A program made the position numbers and the translations under genes. DNA of 64,000 nucleotides, from contig OX337228.1 in assembly GCA_946965045.2 (NCBI GenBank), forward strand, positions 3,224,001-3,288,000, written 5' to 3'. The DNA is from Epithemia pelagica. Its lineage: Eukaryota; Protista; Bacillariophyta. The stretch's first letter is position 1. Each line of letters opens with the position of its first letter. This document shows positions 23,717 to 36,126 of the stretch, piece by piece. The notes beneath the pieces were generated by a model. That model saw nothing but the letters and a program-made list of their open reading frames with translations, was not told the DNA's origin and made no database searches.

Positions 23717-26225
23717 TCATACAGGGGGGAGAGAATCGTCCGTGTTCGAAAATTCAGCGCTCGTCTCCTGTTGAGCAACAGGGGGGCGTTTCGAAAGTCC
23801 TCCTTTTTCACTTGTAGTTTCTGAATCTGCATCTTCCTCTGTAATCCTCGTGAGCGGAGCTCCTTGACGAACGAGTCCCTGCAACATTGTTGTCACATCA
23901 TCTGTGCTTGGTTGAATGCTGAGGCTATCATGTTGGTTTTCCAAACCGATCATGTCTCCACTGTAAGCACCCCGAAGGTTCTTCAATGTCGCGGAAGACA
24001 GACGTACATCGTAAGTTTCATTATTGACGGTGATTTCTGCTCGATGTCCTCTTGGCTGTGGACCAAAGACAGAAAGAGAGCTTTGCTTGCCTTGACGGCC
24101 AACTTTAGACCCGCTGGAGCTAAAAAAGTCGTCTTGTTTCTTTGAGTCCCCAGCTGTTTCTCCAAAAAGACCACCCCCAACAACCGGGGTACTTCTCATC
24201 TTTTGTCGGCGTCTTCTTGGACATGCAACGGGTGCTTCTGTAGTAGAGGGAACAGTTTCTTCCATTCCCTCCAAGATTTCTCTAACGGACTTTTGTCGCG
24301 TTGCCAGCACTTGAACAGACTGTCTTCTATTCAACTCCTCTGAGGCTTCCTTCAAAAGCGAGGCCTCAAGCGATAAATGCCGCTGCTTCTCATTACCTCC
24401 CTTTTCGTGGGTCGACTCGACTATTTCTTCAACGACCCCAGGGTACCAACGCTGTACTTTCACTCGAGCTGAATCTTGGTTGATTGCCTTCTCGAGTGCC
24501 ACCTTGATATCTTCCATTCTGTTTTGGAGGATATCTTGAGTTGAACCATCTCCTCGTTTTATGGTGTCTTTTGCATAAATCTCATTCACGAGAGTGGTAT
24601 CGATTCCACGTGGATGCCAGGCACGGTGATCGATGATTTCAAGACCAAGCTTGGACAAAGTTGCCATAAGATGGTGCATTAGACCCCATCGGCCTTCAGA
24701 ATGTGACTGAATACAGAGGAACACTGCTGTCTTATTCCGAATGTCTCCAACGAGCTTGTCTTCGCGTTGAGACGGCGTAAGGCCACCCTCATCATGAATG
24801 CTGTCCAAATCATGCTTTCGCTCCATTTCCGCATTGGCGAGAGCTTCCAACTCCGCTGCGGCCTTCTTGTTGTAGTAAGATATCGTAAATCGAAGTAAGA
24901 AGGGAGGGACAATTGTGGAGATTAATACCGCTAGCACGACCGAGGCGTACAAATCCGCATTGATAAGACCCTCACTGACAGAAAACACAGCAATCACAAA
25001 AGCGAATTCTCCCTCGGCAGCCATGGAAAACCCTGTGACCAGACAGTCCCTTAGATGGTAGCCTGTGAAGGCATGTGATTGGGTAAAGTTGGGAACCATG
25101 AAACCAACCGCAAGCTTTCCGGTGAGAGCCAGACAAAAAACAAGTCCTTTCCAGATGACCTGACCCGAGAAGAAATCCTTGATAGGGACTTGAAAACCAA
25201 TCGACGCAGAAAAGAAAATTCGCAGTAGCCACTGCATAGCGCGTTTGAATTGTCTCACAAACTCTGAATGCAAGTCATGAGACGTGCAAAATGCAAGGCC
25301 TGCAACAAACGAACCCATCAGATAGGACGCCTTTGCATAGTACGTTGCAGGCATCATAAATAAGACGATACCAAACATCAACCCTAGCTCAGCTTTGCCG
25401 ATGTGCTCAGGTGCAAGTCGGGGGTGAATATACTTGCGTACCAACGGAGGCACGTGAAAAAGGGCGATGTATCCTCCGATGACCAAGAAGAGAGTTGCTG
25501 ACACAACTGGGATCAATACACTTGCAGCGTCAATCGTACCAGTTAACGATTCAAGTTGCGAAAGAACGATGAGGGCAATCATATCATCGATGACAGCAGC
25601 GGAAATAATCAATTGTCCAACTGGGGTATTCAGCACTCCACCAGATCTCAAAATGCTTAGTGCAACCCCAACTGAAGTTGGACCAAACGTTGCACCAGCT
25701 GCAATAGCTTCTTTGATGTCACCAGTTCCATTGAGCACGATAGCAATTATGATGCCAAATGCAATTGGCAGCACCGATCCAACAAATGCAATCAATAAAC
25801 CTCTTGTCCCTATCAGCTTCAACGAGGAAATGTCAACGTCAATTCCAGCTTCAATAACGAGCAAGACAAGACTGCCGTAGCGAGCCGACCAGTTAGTTCG
25901 ACTGACATTTGAAAATCTTTCTTTCTCCATCATGGACTTACCCTACTTCTCCAAGGAGAACAAACGCTTCAGGGTTCGGTACGTAGTCCGCAAGGGGTGG
26001 TCCTAACAGGATTCCCACAACGATTTCACCGACAAGAGAAGGCATCTTGACAAAGTTAGCAATTTGTCCACCAACGTAGATGCAACAAAAGAAAATGATG
26101 GCATCGTACAAATCTTCGTACTCTATGTGGACTCCAAACTCCGAGTGACCATCATCGTCGTCATGCCCACTCTCGGCGAGCCAACGGGAAAAATGAGATG
26201 CGGCAGCTACCAGATGCGTTGCCAT
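23717..26225 (-). CDS. Cation/H+ antiporter (CPA2/NhaS3-like) with a long C-terminal tail; intron 25941-25872
   Basis: KMPSLVGEIVVGILLGP, LGEVGLVLLVIEAG, PTSVGVAL, SAAVIDDMIAL, GEFAFVIA. Confidence 0.88.
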
Positions 26226-28570
26226 CGTTTATCGTTGTTACGAATGATAACCACCCCCAAGTGAGGACGAACAGCGAAGCGCGAAAGAGCTCGTCAATAA
26301 CGCGAAAAGTGATTGATTCGGAGCAACACAGTCTTATTCGTCGTTGTAAATCTGTTGTCAGGCAAACTTTATGGGAGAAGGTCGGTAGTCAATCGTCCCC
26401 AATCGTTTGTTTGTTGGTTGTTGGTCGTTGGATCAGAGAGCGAAAGAATTTATGCCGTTGTTCTTGCTGCAAAATGGTACAATACTCCCTCTGGAAACCC
26501 TTTGTTGCACCAAAAAAAGGGGAATTACGTCATTTCATGGGCGTATGTCCTATGGTCAAAAAAAATATATAGGCTTATAGCTCTTTTTAGTACGAACATT
26601 TCGGTACCCTCCGACTAGATGTCCGCTTCTTAGCTCGTCTGTTCGGGCAAGACAAACCCAATCTCACAGACAAAAAAATGAATGGAAATTTCACATCCAT
26701 CGGTGGAAAGGCTGGCGTGATGTGACAGTTGGAAGATGGCAGGCGTTCTGCTCAACAAGACTCAAAAAAATAGTGTTCTCAGTGAGTTAACGGGTCACAA
26801 AATCGATGCAGGCAACAAAACGAGGCAAACACCAAAAACGGCATGCTTCGTCCCTGGCCATCTCATCTCATCTTTGTCACTGCACATCCATCATGGTAAG
26901 TTCTGGAATGGCTAATACTTGCATTGGAATGGACAATGTTTAGTTGTAGGCTCTCACTACGTTGCCAGTTGCCAAAGTGTGTCATTTGTTTGTGCCATGT
27001 AACATCCATTTTGGTCGATGCCATGTGGGGCTGCTGGCATCATTTGTAGGATTCTTGTAGGACAAAATAGAGCTATAGACCTCAATTAGGAGTAGGTAGG
27101 ATAAGTGGAGGAAGCCATCCATTTTTCCTCTGCTGTCGCCCAGTTTGGGTCTTTAGTGGATTGTGATGTCGACCTGCTCCTGTTGTTCTTTTTTTGTTGC
27201 CATGAGCATGACTTGTCTTTCCCAGCAGTGCAGGGGACTCTACACTCTATATGCTCCATAACGCAACTAGAAAGAGACGTATTCTAAAATAGGACTGTAT
27301 GTGGTTGCAAAGAGACAAGCCTACGGCAACGGCACGGTGTTGTGGAGGAGGGTCCACTTTTAAACGGACACAAACACTAGAAACAACCACACTTCTCCTA
27401 GAAAAAACAAAGAAAGGATGGGGTAGAGCAAAACACTATCTATGGTCTATATGTCAAATGTCCATGGTGTGCAGATGATGGAGAATGCATTGTGATGGTC
27501 CATGTCCATTATCCATGTCAAAAGGTGCGTAGTGAAAATAATGTGGGTCACAACTTGGGACGACAATCAAGAATGGGGAAGACCAACGGTCAAAGTGCGC
27601 ACGCCTGCTCACAAAATTTCAAAACGGTGATCCAGAAGGCCGGCGTGATCATTTTCATTTTGACCCGAAATTTTCTTCAAAAACGCAAAAAAACCAAAAT
27701 TAAAATGGTTGGTCGCGGAGAGCGGCTGGGGGGCTAAGAAGCGGACACCTAGTCGGAGGGTTATATGTTCGATCTCGTATTCCTGACGACCTGTGATCAA
27801 AAAAGGGACGAATTGGAAGCACCTACTTTCATCCCGTACCGGTTGATCCTTATATGCCTCCTAGGAGAGCGCGAGGGCCAGGACGCTCTATTGGAGTGTC
27901 AAAGGGACCAGAGTTGCCGGCACAATGCTGTGGTCGGGCCATTTTGACCCTCCTCACCATGGTCAATCAGGGCACCTTTTCCTGAGGTGCTTTGACTTCC
28001 GTCGCCAAATATTTTGTACTTTTCGTATAGTAGTGTAGAGGCGCGCATGTCATTCTATATGATCCCCCATATTATTCTAAGATTTTGATACTCCGAATGA
28101 GCCAGCCGTCCTCCTGTAGGGTTTGTACTGGAGTATACGTGAATTTTTAATGCGACTAAAATAAGCAAAAACCAATTGGTGCAACAAAGGGTTTCCAGAG
28201 GGAGTACCAAAGACAGACGGTGTGGCCTGTGCAGTATGAGTTCGTGTCTGAATTGTGTTCTAGGACCTTTCGTTGGAGGTGCACAGCGGTTTTTATCGTC
28301 CATGGTGGTGTTATGCAGTGCAAAATGACCGTAGTGCTCTTCCTACGAAGCTAGAATCACTATAGAGAAAACAGTGGGGGCCTGAAAAGCACGGGCAACT
28401 GAGCGCCAACATATCGATTGATGGAGCTCGTACGCGCGACGCGCGACCGTTGAAAATTGAAAACCGCACCAGAAAAGAAGCGCAAGACAAGGGTTTTATG
28501 TCGTGTCTGTGTCTGTGCACGTTTGTGAATGGGCTCCGAGACCTCCGGAGCTACTAGCAAAGTTTAAGTC

Positions 28571-28824
28571 CTCCTAGTGTCTAGTCTACCGGTCTCTGTC
28601 CTCATATGAGGACATCATGTCCAAGATATTAAAGCCTGGCAACCTTTACCAAGATATTAAAGCCTGACAACTGGTACTATGACCAAACTAAACCTGAGGA
28701 AAACGATGGTGCCATCCATTTTTCTCTATGCTGCAAAGAATACCATGAACTGAGATGTGCCAAATGTGTCCTCATATGAGGATATGTCCTCATATGAGGA
28801 CAATGGTAGACTAGACACTAGGAG
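28571..28824. mobile_element. 254-bp MITE-like element with 20-bp terminal inverted repeats
   Basis: CTCCTAGTGTCTAGTCTACC (28571-28590) is the exact reverse complement of 28805-28824; internal palindrome TGTCCTCATATGAGGACA occurs three times; no ORF and no TSD seen. Confidence 0.65.
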
Positions 28825-28874
28825 TATGAACAACAGATGCGCCATTAATCATATTAATATCCCTCTTCGTGTCG

Positions 28875-31800
28875 TCACAAGGTTGTAACCTCCACTGGGT
28901 ACTCAGGAGTTTCACTGTGTCCAGTCTCATCAGAACCTTCACCATTTTCAGCTTGCTTGTCAGGTTCGTTTTGAGCATCAGAGATTGGGCTACTAGGTTC
29001 ATCCTCTTTGTGTTGTCCAAGCGATCCCTCAGAATCGCCGTGAGGACCGTCTAATTGGTCCTCCGTGTCAGAGGGCAATGTTGTCCCTTCAGTCTCAGCT
29101 TCTGAATCTTGTTCTGACGACTGAGGTCCTCCACTAATATTATATTCCAATGACCGTTCCAGAACATTCACTAACGTGAACTCCCATGGTTGCACACCGT
29201 CAAGCGCATTCAATTTTTGGGTCATGGCTTCGGCCTCCAACAACATTCTTTGTTTCCCTTCGTCTGTTCGTGGATATTCAAAACCAGCTAAGGGTTTCGG
29301 TGTTGAATTATCAGTTTGAGGCTGGGTTCGCCGAGATGCTGACGAGAACAGGGCTGGGATTTTGTTGTCTACATAGGCAAATATCCTTGAGAAGACATCT
29401 TGTAGATGCTCTGGAGGAAGCAGGCTGTAGAGCACGTGGTGCATCTTTCGAGTATTTGATGATATTCCCTCCAGGAAAACACAGCAAACGACACTTCCGT
29501 CTTCCTCTGTGTTATTGTCACGGGCGCGTCGGTCGAAATCTGTACCATTCAACTTCGGAGCAAGGTGGTGTTCAATTATTCCACCAATAATAGTGACAAA
29601 TTTGTTCAACACCTTCTCGTTATGTTCTCCGTACTCTTTCTTGATCTGATCAATATCATTCAGTAATCTGTGCTGCTTAGCAGGCAACTGTGCCATCAAA
29701 GAAGCCCTGATGTTTGGCAGAATGGAGATAACCATACCAAGGCATTGCGTTACAAGGGATAGATGCTTGGCATTTATTGACTTTAAACGCGCTGCAGAAT
29801 GGATCGCCTTGGCCCCCAGGACCAATTGGGTCGTCCGGGAATTGAAAAGGCGAAGTAAATCTGCGACTTTCGCTACAATGGTCAGTGTTGATCCAGAGAA
29901 ATGAGCAGCCGCTGAAAGATTTCCGATCACCATTTCCACAAGGAGGAGACAAGACCACACGACTTTATATCGCACACCATTCACTTCCACCTCTTGTTGT
30001 TTCTTCTCTAGAATAATCTGACTATCAGTATCGGCTGGACGCGAAACAAGCGCTCTGCCCGTAGACAATCGCGTTAGAGCTGCTTGTCTCTCCGTGGAAA
30101 CGTCGCACTGAGCCCACCTCTCCGAATCTAGCGCGGCCACCAACGCAGACATATTGCTGTCGTGATTCCTTTCAATGAAGGACTTCGCTTGTGCAAGTAA
30201 CGCGCTTCGGAGTGAATGTGGTCTATAGCTGGTCACCTCTTCAACACTCGATGCAAAGGAACAACATTTATCCCAAAGTCGTTTCATTTCCTCAAGACTT
30301 AGAAGCGAATGAGCGTCCTTGCGCAACCGCAGTAATTCCGAAATGGACTTTGATGCAAGCTCTCCAGCCCCAACTACAACAGATGCCATCGGTGATACAG
30401 CTGTTGCGGAGCTATCTGACTGACCCTGATTCGGGATGCCACCACCCTTCTCATCCTGGAAATCAAATTCTCTCTTGACACAGAATACGTCCACGGCTGA
30501 AGCCGATGACATCAACGAGAGGAGCTGCTCCATTGTCATGTCCATGCAGTCGAGAAACCGTTCATGGGTCATGCCAGTGGCACCAGTTGCCGCGCTGTCA
30601 GCGAATTCAGCGACGACAGTGCGGACGGTCAAACGCATGACATCTTGTAGTCTGGTGTTGTATGCTTGAACCGTTCTGCGTAATCCTTGGCACTTCTTCA
30701 ATGCATCAATAATGTCTTCGACCCGAGAGACACTCGCCGCCGTTGGCGTAGAGCCACCACTTATACCAAGTGGTGCCACATTCACCACGGTATATGAGGT
30801 TGACGTTGCCGTCATATTTGAGTTCCAATCCAGAAACGACTCCACAAGTTCGTCTCGCAAGTTAGTGACAATGAGCTCTTCGTATTGGTCAAGCTGCTTC
30901 GCGGCCCCTTGCAAGGCTTGCAACTGCGACAAATTGCTCTGTTTCAACTTTTGCCGCCCAAAAGAAACCTGGTCAAGTGCAGTCAAATCGTCTGCAGCCG
31001 AAAGGTGACCTGCGATACTTGCCTTGCAGCGGACGAGCTCGTTGGCAGAGTCCAACAATTCAACCACCGACTGCCATTCCTGTATTTCAGCGTGATCCGC
31101 GGGAACCGTTTGCATAGGAGTCACCGTCTCTTTCTGCAGCAAATTTACCGTTGTTTCTAGAGAAGTGACGTCATCGAGAAGAGACTTGATCCATTCTTGC
31201 AATGTTGCGAATCGAATGGATTCTTCAAAGAAAGCATGCGATTGCTCCCTCACAGCATCGAGAAGCGCGATTTCGACTCTGTCAAGCCAAGGATTGAGGG
31301 AATCTGGAGGGACAAGTGGGAACCACCTATGAACAGATGTTTCTTTCAAAGCAGCCATACTCGTTTTGTCTTTGTCCATCACGGCCTCCATCTCCTGGTC
31401 CTCTGCAAAGAAGAGGGAATTGAACGTTTCCGGTTCCGTCAAATCAAGCTCTATCATGTCCTTCCAAAATATTGCAGGAATCTCTTGTTTTAGAATTGCG
31501 ACACTGTCAGATGCTACAGAGGGTGGCGTAGAAGAGGTTTCCGCTCCAGTGGTACCTTTTTGCGGTGTTTGAAATGTCGTGGAACTGTTGACTTCCATCT
31601 GTTTCTGTACACCTTGTATCTCACGAAACTTGTGAGCCAGAATCCCAGATTTTGACAAGTACGATTGCAATTCATTCATCGAAGACTGAGAAGTATGAAG
31701 CTCTGCTGGCAGTTCTCTGAGCTGCGATTCAGGTATATCATCGCCAGCTGAATATGGATCCTCTTCCAGAATTTTGCGCGACCATTCCTCCAATCCTTGA

Positions 31801-32366
31801 TTTAACACTTCCAACTGCTCCGTTGCGTGAAACAATGTAGATTCAAGTTGGTAGTATGTCTCTTGGAGTATATCTGCACCCGAATTTATCGCACTAGGTT
31901 CGGTAGTTGGCTGTTGCTGCTCTGGTTGAGAAGACGAGAAAGACTGCGGCGAAGAGAAGAGGGAGGCGGAGATACTTCTCCCTCCATGCAAGCTACTCCT
32001 GCTTCCATGCCTGCTGTGGGATGCTCCATGTCGGCTTGGTGTCAAACCTTGTCCGCCATACCTTCCATGATAGCTCGAGCTCGAGAACGTCAGATCATGT
32101 GGGTTCCCTCGTGGATTCGCAATCACTTGCAGCAAATTGAACCCATCTAGGTAAACGTCACCACCATCAAGCGCATCCAATACCTGGTCAGCTTGTGTCA
32201 TAGCCACTAAGCGAGGGTCCGTTTGGGAGGGCCGCATCTCGGGAGATGGAACTGCATCATCTCCATTCTCGGATCTCCTCATGGACTGCGGTGATGACGC
32301 TGTATCAAGCGATCCATCCTGACTTCCGGTAGCAAATTCATCCATACTCTGGGCTTTCCTTGACAT
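28875..32366 (-). CDS. VPS54: GARP complex subunit Vps54
   Basis: LNPWLDRVEIALLDAVREQSHAFFE; LVAALDSERWAQCDV; LRLFNSRTTQLVLGAKAIHSAARLKSINAKHLSL. Confidence 0.88.
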   Translation of the reverse strand: MSRKAQSMDEFATGSQDGSLDTASSPQSMRRSENGDDAVPSPEMRPSQTDPRLVAMTQADQVLDALDGGDVYLDGFNLLQVIANPRGNPHDLTFSSSSYHGRYGGQGLTPSRHGASHSRHGSRSSLHGGRSISASLFSSPQSFSSSQPEQQQPTTEPSAINSGADILQETYYQLESTLFHATEQLEVLNQGLEEWSRKILEEDPYSAGDDIPESQLRELPAELHTSQSSMNELQSYLSKSGILAHKFREIQGVQKQMEVNSSTTFQTPQKGTTGAETSSTPPSVASDSVAILKQEIPAIFWKDMIELDLTEPETFNSLFFAEDQEMEAVMDKDKTSMAALKETSVHRWFPLVPPDSLNPWLDRVEIALLDAVREQSHAFFEESIRFATLQEWIKSLLDDVTSLETTVNLLQKETVTPMQTVPADHAEIQEWQSVVELLDSANELVRCKASIAGHLSAADDLTALDQVSFGRQKLKQSNLSQLQALQGAAKQLDQYEELIVTNLRDELVESFLDWNSNMTATSTSYTVVNVAPLGISGGSTPTAASVSRVEDIIDALKKCQGLRRTVQAYNTRLQDVMRLTVRTVVAEFADSAATGATGMTHERFLDCMDMTMEQLLSLMSSASAVDVFCVKREFDFQDEKGGGIPNQGQSDSSATAVSPMASVVVGAGELASKSISELLRLRKDAHSLLSLEEMKRLWDKCCSFASSVEEVTSYRPHSLRSALLAQAKSFIERNHDSNMSALVAALDSERWAQCDVSTERQAALTRLSTGRALVSRPADTDSQIILEKKQQEVEVNGVRYKVVWSCLLLVEMVIGNLSAAAHFSGSTLTIVAKVADLLRLFNSRTTQLVLGAKAIHSAARLKSINAKHLSLVTQCLGMVISILPNIRASLMAQLPAKQHRLLNDIDQIKKEYGEHNEKVLNKFVTIIGGIIEHHLAPKLNGTDFDRRARDNNTEEDGSVVCCVFLEGISSNTRKMHHVLYSLLPPEHLQDVFSRIFAYVDNKIPALFSSASRRTQPQTDNSTPKPLAGFEYPRTDEGKQRMLLEAEAMTQKLNALDGVQPWEFTLVNVLERSLEYNISGGPQSSEQDSEAETEGTTLPSDTEDQLDGPHGDSEGSLGQHKEDEPSSPISDAQNEPDKQAENGEGSDETGHSETPEYPVEVTTL

Positions 32367-32766
32367 GATTGTTGTTCAAAGTGGTCTTTCGTTTCGTCGT
32401 CGGTTAGAACAACAGGGGGTGTGGTGTTGGGGTTCTAGGATTTTGCGTTGGAGGTGAACCCTCCCCCTCTCATGATATGCGACTATAACACGACAAGACC
32501 GTGCTTTCATCAGAATTCAGAACGCCCTGGCGTCTACAATACAATATGTTGTAATAATAAGGCCCTTGTAGTAGGTGGGAGTAGTAGACGCGCACCGTAC
32601 TCCCAAAGGACCGGCAGACGCGCCAGCACGTACGCCCGTACGATGCATGCGGGAAGTCGTTTAGGCTTTGGAACTAGCTGTTGCCTCCAAACGAATCAAT
32701 TGACGAAACAAAGGAACGGAGTTGTCCCTGTCCATTCTGAAGAAGTAGAAATCAACCTTTGACACA

Positions 32767-33486
32767 ATGGCGGATCCCAACACTCCCTCGTGGCTCCAAG
32801 AAGACAATACCCCATCTGCTCCGGCCGTAGATTCTACGGTTGCCGCATCTGGACTCCCAGCAGCCTCAAACGGAGCCAATGCCAACAGCAAATCATCAAG
32901 CACGACCGAGATGAAGAGTTCTGCCACGGAGGATGACCCCGATCTCCCTGGTGTCATTTTGACGATGCGCCTCGCTAATATGGGAGCGTCCATTGCTCTC
33001 ATCGTTTGTGCGGTGAGTGGAACAGAGTTGTGCCGTTGGTGGTTTTGAGAACTTTTCTCTAACTTGCGTGGAGTCCATTTTATTTTCTTGTCATAGATCC
33101 TCGAAATGGTCTCGATTCCAAAGATATCTGGATTTGTTCTTGCAATTTATGCTTGCCTGGGAGGAACCCTTATCTGCTGTTTAGAAACGCAGCTGAAGTT
33201 CTTGCGTGTGATGATTGCTGTGAACTTTGGATTTTTATTCGATTCGATTTGGCGTTTCCTGTTTTATTTGCTGCTGGGATCAGTCGCCTTTACGTTTGAT
33301 GGATTGTTTGGAATGGTGGTAGGGGGTCTTTTCGTTGGCGTTGCTTTCTTCAACACGTATGTGCTTTGTCGATATCCTTCCTACCGACGTATTCGCGAAG
33401 AGATTGCTCGCGAAGAAGACAAACGGATCGAAGCCCGCATCAGCAAGGAGGTGAAGCGTCAAGCTGTGCGCCAAATGACGTCCTAG
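32767..33486 (+). CDS. Golgi membrane protein TVP15 / COPI-associated family; intron 33013-33096
   Basis: VLAIYACLGGTLICCLE...IAVNFGFLFDSIWRFLFYLLLG, with multiple short TM helices. Confidence 0.7.
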
Positions 33487-33815
33487 TTATGCTGATAGCA
33501 TGTTTATGAATTCTTATAAAGAAATGTGCATGAAATGATATTGTACTTCCCCGAAGGATGCTCTGATTCCATTGACATTCGCTAAGCGCTCTCATGGTTG
33601 ATTCTTACTCCTAGCTAGAAGTACTCCTCTAGCTAGAGAATTTGCATGCTGAGAATTGGGTAGTCCAGCTAGCTAAGATCCTGCCATTTGGGGGCAGGAT
33701 CTTTTGGAAGTTCAATAGCTCTCTGCTTCCGACTTCCGACTTCTTTTCCATCTGCCCAGTCAAGATCAATCTATGGTCGTTGTTTCCCCGGGAATTCCAC
33801 CTTCATTCTCCTGAC

Positions 33816-35886
33816 ATGCAGATAACGATGAAGGTCCAAGAGTGTCTTCTGGCGCTAGTTATTCTTCACAATGGAGTCGAGGCATTCCAAAGCGGAATCA
33901 ACTCTGGGTTCGCTCCTCGGCCGAGTGGAATAGTTTCACGGGATCTTTGGTCTGTTCCATCGTCACCGAATCGACCTACGGGGTCACGACGAGTTGACAT
34001 TGCTTTTCAAAAAGGTCCAACGAACGATGCGATGAAATATGCAATCGAAAACTCTGCGATGCACTCGGTAGACATTGCAGCAACAGAGGTCGAAGGTAGC
34101 GACAGCAACGACGAGGAAAAGCTGTTTGAGTCGTTTGGCAAAGGGATCGTTCGTGACTATAAGGCCCGCATGCCATTTTTCTGGAGTGACATCAAGGACG
34201 GTCTCAACGCACAATGCTTAGCTGCGACCATGTTTCTCTTCTTTGCTTGCTTGTCCCCGGCGGTCGGATTCGGTGCGCTCTATGAGACTGCAACCGGTGG
34301 CGCTATTGGAACAGGTGAGTCTTGGTGGGCGTGGTTCTACTGCAGCTCAAATTTGTTAGCGTCTTTCAAAGAGGGTTTGTTTCTCAAAATCGTGCATTTC
34401 CATGATCTTGTGGATTCTACAAACAGTTGAGATGGTCAGCTCGACTGCTTTATGTGGTCTCATTTATGCATTGACGGCTGCACAACCATGTACCATCATC
34501 GGATCAACAGGGCCTGTTCTTTCGTTCGTGGTGTGCCTTGCGCAACTTGCAAAATCCATGAAATTGCCTTTTTTACCATTGTATGCGTGGACGGGTCTGT
34601 GGACATCATTCATTCTCTTCACGTCTAGCGTCACGTCGGCATCCAGCTTGGTCAAGTACCTCACGCGCTTTACAGATGAGATCTTCTCGACCTTGATTAG
34701 TGTCATCTTCGTGGTCGAAGCCACAGCTGGTGTATTGAGTAGCTTCTCTGGTCCTTTGACAACTGCACTTCTTACGGTGATTTGTGCTTCTACGACATTC
34801 ATCGTTGCTACACTCTTGAAGAAAACTCGTCAATCCAGTTTCTTCAATAAAACTGTTCGGAATTCTGGTATGTGCATCAATCTTAGTTTTCACAAACTTC
34901 ACTGGAACTTAAGTCTCATCTTCACTTTCATTACAATCAACAGTATCCAATTTTGCTCCAACCATCGCGGTGGCTGTTGCATCTTTCTTTGCCTGGTGGG
35001 CACGTGCCTCCCATGGAGCTGCTGCTGCTCTCCCGTCATTGGCGATGCCACAATCATTTGGCACAACATCGGGCCGCCCTTGGCTTGTTCCAATTTTTGA
35101 CCTTCCAGTCTGGGCTAGGTGGGCGGCCGCAATCCCTGCCCTCATGGTAAGTGAATGTTTCGCGTTTTACTAAAGACCTCGTCCAAATGCACCGAACAAC
35201 TCATCCCTCTTGTTTCGCCACAGGCAACGGTACTCCTTTTCCTTGACCAAAATATAACAGTAAGGCTTGTGAACAATCCACGATGGAGCATGAAGAAGGG
35301 CCGTCGTGACAACAACTACATAGATGGCATGCATTTGGATATGTTGGTCATTTCTATCTTGACAGCAGTTCAGTCTTTGCTTGGTATCCCATGGCTTGTT
35401 GCTGCAACTGTTCGATCGTTGTCACATGTCGGAGCCCTCGCAAAGTACGAGGGTGAAAAAGTTGTGGGAACATTGGAACAGAGGGTTTCTGGGGCTGCCA
35501 TTCACTCCTTGATTGGCATGTCCATCCTCTTTGACGGTCCCAGGCGGCTGTTGACCAAAATCCCATTACCCGTCCTTTTGGGTCTGTTTATGTACTTGGG
35601 TACAACCACCCTTCCTGGCAATGAGATGTGGGAGCGATTCCTGGACTTGTTTAGGGACATGAAGAGTGCTTCCCAAAAACGGTGGTCATCTGCCGTCCCA
35701 CAACAGGTGTCGCGGAATTTCACCTTGATTCAGCTCGCATGTTTAGGGGCAATGTTCTTCGTAAAAGAATCGCCAATTGGAGTCCTTTTTCCCGTACTTA
35801 TAGCTCTTCTTGCTCCAATCCGGTTCGGACTGGAGAAGAACAACATCATCAAGAAGCAATATATGGATGTGCTTGACGAAGACTAA
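33816..35886 (+). CDS. SLC4: SLC4-family HCO3- transporter with a bipartite plastid-targeting presequence; introns 34315-34426, 34868-34943, 35147-35223
   Basis: SDIKDGLNAQCLAATMFLFFACLSPAVGFG, TIIGSTGP, YLTRFTDEIF, FLDQNIT, PWLVAATVRSLSH, EQRVSG, PVLLGLFMYLG; signal peptide + EAF motif. Confidence 0.92.
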
Positions 35887-36126
35887 ATCAATTTGAACAA
35901 ACGGGTTAAACTAAAGCAATTCTTCAAAATTGGGTTCCACGACACGCGTGGTGGAGACAAGGCTAGCATACGGATACTACAAATACTCCTACAAAATACC
36001 AATACCACACCATTTTGCGCTATCCATTGAAGTAAAGTCGTGATTGAAATCTACTATGCCACAAATTGGGTGCTAGGTGAAGAAAGGATCTGTGTCAATG
36101 GCGTAGGAGTATCCGTATCCAGTATA

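Noticed and set aside
26198-28560. Short ORFs in the 2.5-kb gene-free gap
   Set aside because: All are under 125 aa, mutually inconsistent and without motifs. The region looks like a promoter plus repeat debris.
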